A stretch of DNA of 64,000 nucleotides, taken from Bacillota bacterium. Lineage in GTDB: Bacteria > Bacillota_I > Bacilli_A > ML615J-28 > CAG-698. The notes below the pieces were generated by a model. That model made no database searches, was not told the origin of the DNA, and saw only the letters and a list, made by a program, of their open reading frames with translations. Each line of letters starts with the position of its first letter. Positions within the stretch are counted from its first letter, which is position 1. Below are positions 1-9,112 of the stretch, one piece after another. Both the position numbers and the translations under genes were made by a program. Location of the stretch: contig JAEEHM010000093.1 of assembly GCA_016280895.1 (NCBI GenBank), positions 14,987-78,986 on the forward strand, given 5' to 3'.

Positions 1-2682
1 TCATATACTACAACAACAGAACTTTGGATTGATCCAGTTACTAGGATGACTTATAAGTGTGATTATACACTTAATATGAACGGAACAGTTCAAAAGAACA
101 CTGTATATGAAATCATGGCTATTGATAAGACTCCAACAACATTAAAAGAAGCTGGTATTGCAAATTGTATGCTTCCAACATTTGATAAAGCTAATTCAAC
201 AGATGATGATCACTTATATGGTGAAGTACAAGTTGTACCTGCAACATGTGGTACTGATGGACAATCTTATCAAGTATGTTCATGCTGTGGTGAAAAGAAG
301 ATAATTGCAAGTGAGGCTGCAACTGGTAAACATACACCAGTTACTTATAATGGAGAAATTGCGGTATTTACTGATTATGAAGGACATCACTGTCATAAAT
401 GTGAAGTATGTCAACAAGATTATGATATAGAAGATTGTACATTTGATGAATGGGTTGTAGATAGAGCTGCAACTTGTAAAAATCCAGGTACAAGACATCA
501 TGATTGTAAGATTTGTGGTGGAAGAATTACAGAAACTATCCCAGTTGATAGAGATGGACACTTATTCGTAGGTACTTATACTGATAATGTAACTATTGTG
601 TTACCTACTAAGACTACTGAAGGTAGTATTACATGGACATGCTTAGAGGAATGTGGAGCATCTAAGTCTATTAAACTTCCTGCATTAAGTGAAACAAGCT
701 ACACAATGGGTGTATATAATGATTTCTTAACAGATCAAAATTATAAGATGTATGGTCTAAACTTAACTGCAATGACTAAAGAAATCAATGATTTATTGAA
801 GCCAAGTCAAGCTTTAGATGAATTCTATATCACTTATACATTATTTAATGGCTATAATGAATTTGTGTACAATTATGATGAAACAAATCCATTATATGGA
901 TTCTTAGGTGATATGTTTGCTGATGCACAAGCTACAATTAGTGCTGACTTTGTAGGTGATTATTTCAATGAAAACAATCATAAAATAACACTTGCTACTA
1001 ACACTATCGCCCTTGCTGATGCAAGCGGAAGCATTGCTACTTATAGTTTATTTACTAATAGTACAGGTATTTATTTCGAAGATGCATCTAATACTAAAGT
1101 ATATATTACATTAAATGATGATGGCTCAGTTACTTTAACTGACTTAGGCACATTTGAAAAGAGAATTGCTGCTAACATTAGTGAAGAATTACAAGGAAAT
1201 TACTTTGATGAAGAAAAAACTACTAAAGTAGTTGTATCAGCATCTAAAGTTCAAGTAATTAATGCTAACGGTAAAGTATATGAATATGATTTATATGTAA
1301 AAGACGAAGAAATTTATATCATTACTGAAGAAGATGAAAAAGTTGTATGTGAATTTGGCGATGGATATGTTTCAAATACATTTGGCACATTCTATAAAGA
1401 ACATGTTAATACTGATCCACTTGCTGAAATTACAGAAGCATACCAAGGCGTTTTATACAATGAAGATAATGTAATGATTGAAATAGGTGAAAATAGAATC
1501 AAATTATTCTTCGTAGAAGCTGGTGTTGAATATAGCTTACATCAAGATAGCGATGGCATCTATTTTGAAGATGATGATTTAGAACATGTATATTTATATT
1601 TATGTGATGATTATTCAGTAATCGTTGGTGAATTAGGCACATTTGCAAAGAGAGTTGTAGCTCATATGAGTGAAGATTTCCAAGGCACTTATACAGGTGA
1701 TGGTGCAACAATCGTTGTTTATGAATCAAGAGTTACAGTTACAACTGAAAGTGGTTCAGAATCTTACACATTATATGTAAGAGATGAAGTCATTTATGTA
1801 GTTGTTGATGATGAAATCATCGTATGTGAATTTGATGAAAATTCAGTAACTAACGCATTTGGAACATTCACTAAAGGTGAAGAACAACAATATAATGATG
1901 AATTAGCATCAATCAATATAAAATATCATGGTGAATTCTTCAATGATGATAATTATATGATCGCAATTGGTGAAAACAAAATGACATTAGTGATTGGTAA
2001 AGATGAATATTATTATCCATTATATCAAGATAGTGATGGCATTTATTTTAGAGCTGAAGGCGAAAGAATATCTATGACATTAAATGAAGATTACACAATC
2101 ACAATTGAAGGCTATGGTGATTTCGCTAAGCGTGTATACGCAAACTTAAGTGAGGAATTACAAGGCACATATTATGGTGAAGAAGGTATTACAGTAGTAG
2201 TATATGCATCTTACGTAGATGTAACAACACCTGAAGGCACTTTCAGTTATGATTTGTATGTAAAAGATGGTGAATATTACATTATTGATGATGGCGATAT
2301 TGTAGTATGTGAATTCTACGATAATTCAGTTACAAATGACTTTGGCACATTCACTAAGGAAGCAGAAGCTGATCCATATGAATTCCCAGCTAGTGAAGTT
2401 GAAGAATTCTTAGGCTTTGATGGATTTATCACATTCTATCGTGATAATGCAACATACACAAGTGAAATTGTTGAAGGTGATAATAGTTATATCACTATCA
2501 CAATGACAAAATCAGAAGAAGATGAAGCATCTAATGCTGAAATATTAGCAGATATCATCAATTCAATTGATGGATATACTGAAGAATATGGCTATTATGA
2601 TGTAGATTTAGGATATGCATTCTATATCACACTTTCAGAAGATGAAGCATCAATACAAGCAATCTATTATCTTCTTGGATAA
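1..2682 (+). CDS. Large acidic repeat-rich putative surface/secreted protein, 5'-truncated by the window edge. Cys/His-rich (ATC..G...CxxCG) repeats are followed by three tandem A-B pairs of ~75-aa beta-rich repeats.
   Basis: Frame 1 is open from base 1 (SYTTTTELWIDPVTRM...). Repeats end in (L/F)GTF/YGDF and begin with xISEELQGxY-like segments. Confidence 0.7.
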   Translation, partial: SYTTTTELWIDPVTRMTYKCDYTLNMNGTVQKNTVYEIMAIDKTPTTLKEAGIANCMLPTFDKANSTDDDHLYGEVQVVPATCGTDGQSYQVCSCCGEKKIIASEAATGKHTPVTYNGEIAVFTDYEGHHCHKCEVCQQDYDIEDCTFDEWVVDRAATCKNPGTRHHDCKICGGRITETIPVDRDGHLFVGTYTDNVTIVLPTKTTEGSITWTCLEECGASKSIKLPALSETSYTMGVYNDFLTDQNYKMYGLNLTAMTKEINDLLKPSQALDEFYITYTLFNGYNEFVYNYDETNPLYGFLGDMFADAQATISADFVGDYFNENNHKITLATNTIALADASGSIATYSLFTNSTGIYFEDASNTKVYITLNDDGSVTLTDLGTFEKRIAANISEELQGNYFDEEKTTKVVVSASKVQVINANGKVYEYDLYVKDEEIYIITEEDEKVVCEFGDGYVSNTFGTFYKEHVNTDPLAEITEAYQGVLYNEDNVMIEIGENRIKLFFVEAGVEYSLHQDSDGIYFEDDDLEHVYLYLCDDYSVIVGELGTFAKRVVAHMSEDFQGTYTGDGATIVVYESRVTVTTESGSESYTLYVRDEVIYVVVDDEIIVCEFDENSVTNAFGTFTKGEEQQYNDELASINIKYHGEFFNDDNYMIAIGENKMTLVIGKDEYYYPLYQDSDGIYFRAEGERISMTLNEDYTITIEGYGDFAKRVYANLSEELQGTYYGEEGITVVVYASYVDVTTPEGTFSYDLYVKDGEYYIIDDGDIVVCEFYDNSVTNDFGTFTKEAEADPYEFPASEVEEFLGFDGFITFYRDNATYTSEIVEGDNSYITITMTKSEEDEASNAEILADIINSIDGYTEEYGYYDVDLGYAFYITLSEDEASIQAIYYLLG

Positions 2683-2689
2683 AAAAGGA

Positions 2690-2725
2690 AAAAGGGACTT
2701 AAATATTTATTTAAGTTCTTTTTTT
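2690..2725 (+). terminator. Intrinsic terminator
   Basis: aagggacttaaat-attt-atttaagttctt followed by a T run. Confidence 0.7.
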
Positions 2726-2810
2726 GCGCAAATATTGCGCATTAATATCCGAGTAAAAGCGCAAAAATTACGCATTTTCGATTGGCAAAAAGCGCAAATA
2801 GTTATATAAT
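2722..2810 (+). promoter_or_regulatory. Promoter TTGGCA-17-TATAAT with five (G/A)CGCA-core boxes, likely operators of the downstream HTH protein
   Basis: ttttgcgcaaa, attgcgcatt, aaaagcgcaaaa, ttacgcattt, aaaagcgcaaat; -35 at 2782-2787, -10 at 2805-2810. Confidence 0.5.
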
Positions 2811-2828
2811 AATAGTGGAGATGATGAT

Positions 2829-3290
2829 ATGAATGAATTAAAAAGGAACAGATTAGAATTAAATATTACTCAAGAAGAAGCTGCCAGGTTATTAAATATA
2901 TCTAGAAGGACATATCAAAAATATGAAACAATAGAAAACAATGATCCTAAACTAGACTATTATGTTTTTAAATTTAAAGAACTAAACAAAGTAGATGAAA
3001 ATACTGGTTTATTATCTATTGATAAAATAAAAGCAGTTGTTTCTAGTATTATGAGTAAATACAAAATAAAAACATGTTATTTATTTGGCTCTTATGCCAA
3101 AGATAAGGCTAGCCCAAGCAGTGACATAGATTTATTAATTGATTTTGACATTACTGGTTTAAACTATTATGGTTTAGTAGAAGAACTAAGAGAAAAGCTT
3201 CATAAGAAAGTAGATTTATTAACACTTAAATCAATAGAGAATAATTCACAAATGTTGTTTGAAATATTAAAATATGGAATTAAAATATAG
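2829..3290 (+). CDS. XRE HTH fused to a minimal nucleotidyltransferase (MntA-like antitoxin)
   Basis: N-terminal TQEEAARLLNISRRTYQKYE HTH; YLFGSYAK...SDIDLLID polymerase-beta motif; KKVDLL. Confidence 0.85.
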   Translation: MNELKRNRLELNITQEEAARLLNISRRTYQKYETIENNDPKLDYYVFKFKELNKVDENTGLLSIDKIKAVVSSIMSKYKIKTCYLFGSYAKDKASPSSDIDLLIDFDITGLNYYGLVEELREKLHKKVDLLTLKSIENNSQMLFEILKYGIKI

Positions 3291-3302
3291 GAAGGTGCTT
3301 AT

Positions 3303-3908
3303 ATGATTATTTCGATGGAAGAATATCTAAAGAATCCAACATCTGCATCTAGTTTATCTTTCTATAAAACTAATAATATCAATATCAATAAAAAAATAGA
3401 AATTGTTGATAAAGTAGAAGATAATACTTTAAATAGATATTATTTTAAATTAGTTCATTATTTAAATAATATCAAAGATATTAAATTAGATGATAATTAT
3501 ACTTTCACAAATGCAAGTATAGAAGAATTTAATGATCATATAAATTCTTGTTATGATGATATAAATATAAATATTGAAGATTTAATGAAATATAAAAATA
3601 GTATTGTATATGATAAAGATTTATGGATTGCGATAAAAGATAAAAGAAATAATAAAATAATTGGAACAATTATTGCGTCTTTTGATAAAGATATCAAAGA
3701 AGGATATATCGAATGGTTACAAATATCAAAAGAATATAGAAACAAAGGTTTAGCCTTTGTGCTTGTAAATGAACTACTAAAGAGATTAAAAGGTAAAGCC
3801 CAGTTTGTGACTGTAAGTGGTGATGTCAACAATCCTTATCATCCATTATCTTTATACCAGAGATGTGGTTTTACTGATATAAGGATCTTTAAAATAATTG
3901 GAGATTAA
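3303..3908 (+). CDS. GNAT family N-acetyltransferase
   Basis: ISKEYRNKGLA acetyl-CoA motif A; LYQRCGF. Confidence 0.85.
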   Translation: MIISMEEYLKNPTSASSLSFYKTNNININKKIEIVDKVEDNTLNRYYFKLVHYLNNIKDIKLDDNYTFTNASIEEFNDHINSCYDDININIEDLMKYKNSIVYDKDLWIAIKDKRNNKIIGTIIASFDKDIKEGYIEWLQISKEYRNKGLAFVLVNELLKRLKGKAQFVTVSGDVNNPYHPLSLYQRCGFTDIRIFKIIGD

Positions 3909-3909
3909 T

Positions 3910-4383
3910 ATGATATTTAGAAAAGCTAAAATAGAAGAACAAGATATTATTTTAAATTTATATAATCATGATAGGTTTAAACCATATACTGCTTGGGATG
4001 ATACTTATCCTACAATTGATAATATCAAAGAAGATATTTCCAACAATAATTTATTTGTGTTAGAAGATGAAAACGAAATATTAGGCTCTATTGCGATTAA
4101 CACCATAAATGAATTAGATAATGAAGAAAAATATAGAAACGAAATAGGCCTAGAATTTGCCCGTGTAATCGTAAATTTTAAGCACAGAGGTAAAGGATAT
4201 TCTAAACTATTAATTCAAAATGTAGAAGAAGAAATTAAAAGAAGAGGGTATCATCATATTCATATCTGTGTATATGAAAATGATGATATTGCCCTGTCTT
4301 TATATCAAAAACTAGGATATATTAAACTTTCTAGAAAGAAATTATTTGATTATTATTTTATATTATTCAAAAAAGACTTATAA
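3910..4383 (+). CDS. GNAT family N-acetyltransferase
   Basis: VNFKHRGKGYS and ALSLYQKLGY motifs; ATG 3910 follows GGAG. Confidence 0.85.
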   Translation: MIFRKAKIEEQDIILNLYNHDRFKPYTAWDDTYPTIDNIKEDISNNNLFVLEDENEILGSIAINTINELDNEEKYRNEIGLEFARVIVNFKHRGKGYSKLLIQNVEEEIKRRGYHHIHICVYENDDIALSLYQKLGYIKLSRKKLFDYYFILFKKDL

Positions 4384-4441
4384 AAATAGATTTTTAGTTA
4401 TTCGTATGTGTTTGCATCATTAGTATTCAACAAATAATCGT

Positions 4442-4725
4442 CCATTTTTCTTGATTAATTAATCAATTTTTAGAGTATACGTCGCGGAAATTAATTTTAT
4501 AAAGATTAATCCAATATTTGGATGTTTTTATAAAGTTGGTTTCCGTTTTTTTGTTTTTTACTTAATGAGGATATTATATTAATCCTTCAAAGCTATGATA
4601 ATTTTGCCACTGGTAGTGGCAAAATTTGAGAAATAGACAATGAAAATTGAAATCAAAGAAATATAAGATGCAATTCAAAATTTCCCACAACTTGTGGGAA
4701 ATTTTTTCGTATGCTGAATTTGTGC
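4442..4725 (+). repeat. Heavily deleted copy of landmarks from 6370-8830 (promoter -35 region, leader terminator, DUF1016 RBS, DUF1016 palindromes)
   Basis: ccatttttcttgattaattaatca, tagagtatac..gcggaaattaattttataaagat..ttccgtttttttgtttttta, gaggatattat and cccacaacttgtgggaaat..tcgtatgctgaa each recur in 6370-8830. Confidence 0.75.
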
Positions 4726-4727
4726 CA

Positions 4728-4795
4728 TGTTAAATGTCAATATTATTTTAACCAAAAAAGAGAATATTAATTTAACCAATGGGGGATAGGGGAAA
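4728..4795. mobile_element. Solo IS21-family terminal repeat (copy 1)
   Basis: TGTTAAATGTCAATATTATTTTAACCAAAAAAGAGAATATTAATTTAACCA: TG terminus plus a tandem internal repeat. Near-identical at 42138 and 47872, and related to the end preceding the istA remnant. Confidence 0.65.
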
Positions 4796-4802
4796 ATTAA
4801 AA

Positions 4803-4866
4803 AATAATAAGAAAGAATATGCTAAAATGGCAAAAGTAGTAACTCCATATGGAGATGGACATTGCT
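4803..4866 (+). pseudogene. wecB: Short 3' fragment of wecB (UDP-GlcNAc 2-epimerase)
   Basis: gaatatgctaaaatggcaaaagtagtaactccatatggagatggacat (EYAKMAKVVTPYGDGH) matches 37718-37766. Confidence 0.7.
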
Positions 4867-4930
4867 GAAACAAAGAGGCCAATAGAGAAAAGTAGAAGCA
4901 TAAAAATATTATTATATTTATGAAAAAATC

Positions 4931-4981
4931 TTGACATCAATTATAAAAAATGATATAATAAAATTACCTAATAGGTAATTT
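4931..4981 (+). promoter_or_regulatory. higBA promoter and palindromic operator
   Basis: TTGACA 4931-4936, 17 bp, TATAAT 4954-4959, then the perfect palindrome aaattaccta-a-taggtaattt at 4961-4981. Confidence 0.75.
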
Positions 4982-5004
4982 CGTTTTGCGATTGGAGTAG
5001 TGCT

Positions 5005-5376
5005 TTGAAAATAAAATATACAAAAGAAGAGTTTAAAAGTATTTGTGAAAGTTTCAAAGAGGCAAAAAATTTTTTTGGAGGAAACGAAATACTGGCAAAA
5101 AGTTTATTATCTAGAATAAATGCAATTGCAAATGCAAGTGTTATTCTTGATATAATAGTTTTTCCTCCAATGCACTTTCATAATTTGTATGACAAAGGGA
5201 AAAATAAAAATTTTAAAGGATATTATGCAATAGATGTTAAAACAAGAAAAGATAAATGGAGAATTATACTCAGACCATTAAATGAAGATGAAACTGTATG
5301 TGAAAAAAATATTGATGAAGTAGCCAAATTAATTAAAATGATAGAGATTAAGGAAGTGAGTGATCATTATGAGTAA
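5005..5376 (+). CDS. higB: HigB/RelE-like toxin (killer-suppression type), TTG start
   Basis: PPMHFHNL...KGYYAIDV...WRIILRP...IKEVSDHYE pattern; lies upstream of and overlaps HigA. Confidence 0.75.
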   Translation: MKIKYTKEEFKSICESFKEAKNFFGGNEILAKSLLSRINAIANASVILDIIVFPPMHFHNLYDKGKNKNFKGYYAIDVKTRKDKWRIILRPLNEDETVCEKNIDEVAKLIKMIEIKEVSDHYE

Positions 5377-6358
5377 TTATAAGATTATTAATGATAAAAT
5401 AGCATTTCATCCTGGATACTATATAGAAGAATATCTAGTAGAAACAAGATTGTCACAAAGAGATTTTGCTATGAGACTAGGAACTACTCCAAAAAATGTT
5501 AGTATGATAGTGAATGGTGAACAACGTTTATCACTAGATATTGCCTCTAAATTGTCCAGATTAATGGGAACTAGTATAGAGTATTGGCTCAATCTACAAA
5601 ACCAATATGATCTATTGTTGGAAAGTGAAAAATTAGAAGAAGAAAGCCAAAAAGAATTAGAGTTATTTAAATTATTAGATTATAGTTATTTTGTTGAAAA
5701 TTTTGATTTGAGAGAATTGCCTAGAAAAAAGAAAGAGCAAGTAAATGAGTTAAGGAAATTTTTGAATGTTGCTTCATTAAGAGTGCTGGAAAACGAAAAT
5801 ATGTATCTTCATACTGATGATACGATTGAATACTCTTTTAATGATATTATAAAATCAAATATAATGGCACAAATAGCTACAAATTTAACGCTTAAAAAAG
5901 TAGATACACCTGTATTTGATAAAAACAAGTTTATTGAAACAGTTTACAGTTATTTATTAGAGAAAAACAATAAAGAAGAGTATTCATTTAATAGGTTAGT
6001 GAAATCTTTTTATGACACTGGAGTTGATTTGATTACTTTACCTAATTTGCCTGGATCTCCAATAAGTGGAGTAACAAAAAGAATAGATAGCCATATTATG
6101 CTGATGGTTGTTAATGATAAAGATTATTCTTCAAAATTTTGGGAAACTATCTTGAAAGAATCGGCTAATATAGTACAAGGGAAAATGGGAGTTACGTTAA
6201 AAGAAAAAGGAGAAGCAAGCGAAGAAAAAAACTACGAAAGTTATTGGATTAGTTTAAGGGAAAACAATCGACCATACAGTAATTATTTAAATGATAGCAG
6301 GAAAAAAATAGAATACGAAAAGAAAGCTAATAAGAAAAAAAGTTTTGTTGAATTGTAA
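5369..6358 (+). CDS. higA: HigA family antitoxin (long form)
   Basis: AFHPGYYIEEYL...SQRDFAMRLG...YWLNLQNQYD. Confidence 0.85.
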   Translation: MSNYKIINDKIAFHPGYYIEEYLVETRLSQRDFAMRLGTTPKNVSMIVNGEQRLSLDIASKLSRLMGTSIEYWLNLQNQYDLLLESEKLEEESQKELELFKLLDYSYFVENFDLRELPRKKKEQVNELRKFLNVASLRVLENENMYLHTDDTIEYSFNDIIKSNIMAQIATNLTLKKVDTPVFDKNKFIETVYSYLLEKNNKEEYSFNRLVKSFYDTGVDLITLPNLPGSPISGVTKRIDSHIMLMVVNDKDYSSKFWETILKESANIVQGKMGVTLKEKGEASEEKNYESYWISLRENNRPYSNYLNDSRKKIEYEKKANKKKSFVEL

Positions 6359-6378
6359 ATGATATGAGACCATTTTTC

Positions 6379-6407
6379 TTGATTAATTAATCACTTTTTG
6401 TTATAAT
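6379..6407 (+). promoter_or_regulatory. Sigma70-type promoter with extended -10
   Basis: TTGATT 6379-6384, 17 bp, TGn-TATAAT 6402-6407. Confidence 0.65.
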
Positions 6408-6413
6408 ATTATT

Positions 6414-6597
6414 GTAGAAAAGCGAGTTTAAAACTTATTATTTACTCTAAAGAAATGATAAGTATATCGTAATTTTACTACTCCGATGTTTCGGTAAAGG
6501 TATTGCGCTTTAGAGTATACGCGGAAATTAATTTTATAAAGATTTGTCCAATGTTTGGATGTTTTTATAAAGTTGGTTTCCGTTTTTTTTGTTTTTT
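6414..6597 (+). ncRNA. Candidate structured leader or sRNA ending in an intrinsic terminator before the 6614 ORF
   Basis: Perfect 10-bp stem 6443-6452/6508-6517 encloses two hairpins; a long hairpin gcggaaattaattttataaa...tttataaagttggtttccgt and a T tract follow. Confidence 0.45.
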
Positions 6598-6613
6598 ACA
6601 GAAGGAGGGTATT

Positions 6614-7150
6614 ATGAGTAAAGAACATATGCTTGGTAAAATAATTGATTTTGAAGTTAAATTTAACAGAGTTAGGTTTTATATTGGACTAAAAGATTCA
6701 AAGTGGGGATGGACTAATAAAGATTATGTAGATGAAAATGGTAATAAGCCAGTTGGTCTAAAACCACATGATGATTATTATGGTAATAATTGGGATGTCA
6801 TTCCCTATGAACATACTGCTGGAAGAGTATATGATGAATTCATAATAGGGATGAGAGAATACTATTATGATGTAGATTGGATTGTTGTTGAACCTTGCAT
6901 GGATGAAAATGGTTCAAATTATTGTAAAAATGATTTTAAAAAACGCATGGTTCCTTGTGTAATAGTAATTAAAGATGAACTTGCATTAAAACATCAAGGC
7001 GAAAAATCATTTAAATATTGGTATGATTTTTTAATAAATGATGGAAATGGTGAAGATTATGATGGGCAAGATATTGAAGCTTTTTATCTTGAAGATTATT
7101 TAATGGTTGGAATAACATTAGAAACAGATAAATGTAGTGTAACTTTTTGA
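6614..7150 (+). CDS. Hypothetical protein
   Basis: ATG 6614 follows a strong AAGGAGG; the ORF-track extension to 6503 runs through the terminator. Confidence 0.7.
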   Translation: MSKEHMLGKIIDFEVKFNRVRFYIGLKDSKWGWTNKDYVDENGNKPVGLKPHDDYYGNNWDVIPYEHTAGRVYDEFIIGMREYYYDVDWIVVEPCMDENGSNYCKNDFKKRMVPCVIVIKDELALKHQGEKSFKYWYDFLINDGNGEDYDGQDIEAFYLEDYLMVGITLETDKCSVTF

Positions 7151-7164
7151 TGGAGGAAAAAAAG

Positions 7165-8409
7165 ATGTTTGATAAAGTGAAAGCACCATTGTTAGATAAT
7201 ATTAAGTGGAATAGTTTGAGTAGAGATGGAGTCATATGCGATGATGAAACTATGAAAATTGTGAACAGAATATTTGAAAAATTGAAAATTTTTGATAACA
7301 AAAATAAAAATGAAAAAGATGATTGGTACTATTTTCTATACTATGAAGCAAAACGTGGCTCAATAGAGGATTATGCTGATTATAAGGAATATTTAGAAGA
7401 AGGATATGTTAAAAACTATCAAGAATTTAAAAAGGATTGGTTGTTTAATTATCCTAAAGAGACATATTGGTATAAACTAGAATTTAGAAAAGTGATTAAT
7501 GATGACAAAACTTTTGTAATGATGGGGATTAATCAACACACGTTTTTAAATATAGATCCAATTAATGGAGTAGGATGGAAATATGATTACACTGAAATTG
7601 TTGGTGTAATTGAAGAAATAGTTGATGAAGTAATATCTAAAATAAAAACTGATGAATATATTCCTTATCTTAAAGCACACTTTCCATATACGATGCGTAA
7701 AGGCATCATATCTATAAAGGATTTTTGGAATTTATATCCAGATATTAAAGAAGAGTATTTTAATGATTTAAAACAATATGATCTAAATCAATTTATCAAA
7801 TTCATTCAAGAGGACAACTTAAAAGAAAAAGCTACTATTTTTAAACATTTTACAGCAAAAAAGTATTATGACATATGTGCTTTGGGCTATCGAGCATTGG
7901 GATTTGATAGTGAAAGTAAATTGTCTAACAAAGAATTATTTTACAAAAAATCAGATGGACGGGTACAAGGTTTAGATGACATTGATATGAATTCTGAAAC
8001 GGAATTTGATGATTGGTACAATGAACATAAGCATAGATTTGATCATACATTTGAAATTCTTCCAGGAAGATCATTTTATCGTGGCCATTTATATATTGCC
8101 AAAAAAGATGATGGATATTATTTATTATTATGGGGGAACAATTACTTTACAGCAAAGCAAATAATTGTATTTTACATGGAATTAAGAAAGAAAGGTATTA
8201 TTCCCTATTTATACGATTCAGAATTAATAGTAGGAAGATTAGAAGAAAGCGTCGATATTGCAGTATTACCCGAATACGAAGATACGTATGGATATTCATA
8301 TGTTTTTGGTAAAACTTATATCGATGCTATAAATATTGATGATGATAAATCAGATGAATTCATAAAAAAAGTAAAATGGGAAGATATGTTATTACCCAAA
8401 TTAAAATAG
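7165..8409 (+). CDS. Hypothetical protein (acidic, Tyr/Trp-rich); alternative start 7150
   Basis: ~415-aa ORF, GGAGG RBS before ATG 7165; no motif recognised. Confidence 0.75.
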   Translation: MFDKVKAPLLDNIKWNSLSRDGVICDDETMKIVNRIFEKLKIFDNKNKNEKDDWYYFLYYEAKRGSIEDYADYKEYLEEGYVKNYQEFKKDWLFNYPKETYWYKLEFRKVINDDKTFVMMGINQHTFLNIDPINGVGWKYDYTEIVGVIEEIVDEVISKIKTDEYIPYLKAHFPYTMRKGIISIKDFWNLYPDIKEEYFNDLKQYDLNQFIKFIQEDNLKEKATIFKHFTAKKYYDICALGYRALGFDSESKLSNKELFYKKSDGRVQGLDDIDMNSETEFDDWYNEHKHRFDHTFEILPGRSFYRGHLYIAKKDDGYYLLLWGNNYFTAKQIIVFYMELRKKGIIPYLYDSELIVGRLEESVDIAVLPEYEDTYGYSYVFGKTYIDAINIDDDKSDEFIKKVKWEDMLLPKLK

Positions 8410-8469
8410 TAAAACATAACAAGATGGTAAAAGTAGAGTTAAAATAAATAATTTAAAGAGGAGGATATT

Positions 8470-8985
8470 ATGACAGATATAATTATTAAAACTAAAGAAT
8501 TTAAAAAATGGGTTATTGGTATAAGTGCCAAATATAAACAATCACAAATAAAAGCAGCAATAAAAGTTAATAGTGAAATGTTATCTTTTTATTTTGAACT
8601 TGGAAAGGAGATTTCAAATACATCGTTTAAAGCAACATGTGGAAGTAAATTTTATGATAATTTAAGTAAGGAAAGCTTATGAGATATACTAAGAAATATA
8701 ATTTTTGCCACAACTTGTGGCAAAATTTGTCTAATATAAGATGTAATTCAAATCTTTCCACAAGTTGTGGAAAAATGTTTAAGTATGCTGAAATTGTCCC
8801 ACAACTTGTGGGAAATATTTTCGTATGCTGAAATTACGCCCCAAGTTGGTGCGCAAATAAAAAATAAAATTACGCAACAAGTTGCTGCGCAAATACAATA
8901 TTTATGGTTCAATGAAAATGAAATACATAAGACATTGTGCAAACGATGTTTGCACAATCTATTCTGAGCTGTTCACATTATAGAT
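8470..8985 (+). pseudogene. YhcG/DUF1016 N-terminal domain pseudogene
   Basis: YKQSQIKAAIKVNSEMLSFYFELGKEI...GSKFYDNLS; stop at 8682; downstream IVQTMFAQSILSCSHYR resembles the family's QLSWSHY; no C-terminal nuclease domain. Confidence 0.75.
8703..8958. repeat. Array of six related 17-27 bp palindromes, five centred on CAA(C/G)TTG
   Basis: Centres near 8714, 8764, 8805, 8845, 8881, 8946; e.g. ttttgccacaa-c-ttgtggcaaaa. Confidence 0.8.
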
Positions 8986-9112
8986 TGCAACTATCGGTGA
9001 ATATTTAAAAGTAGATCTTGTTATGCTAAAAATATTATATTATTTGTTGCATTATAATTTCATGTGTGATATAATTAAAGTGTAAAAAATTTACACAATG
9101 GAGATATATGAA

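Noticed and set aside
6503-6613. N-terminal extension of the 6503..7150 ORF
   Set aside because: It runs through the terminator hairpin; the strong RBS supports ATG 6614.
8703-8958. CRISPR array
   Set aside because: The units diverge strongly, spacing is irregular (36-65 bp), the spacers share sequence, the units encode DUF1016 linker peptides, and no cas genes are present.
8748-8967. Short ORFs 8767..8967 (+) and 8748..8957 (-) as independent genes
   Set aside because: They are by-products of the palindromic pseudogene region and lack an RBS.
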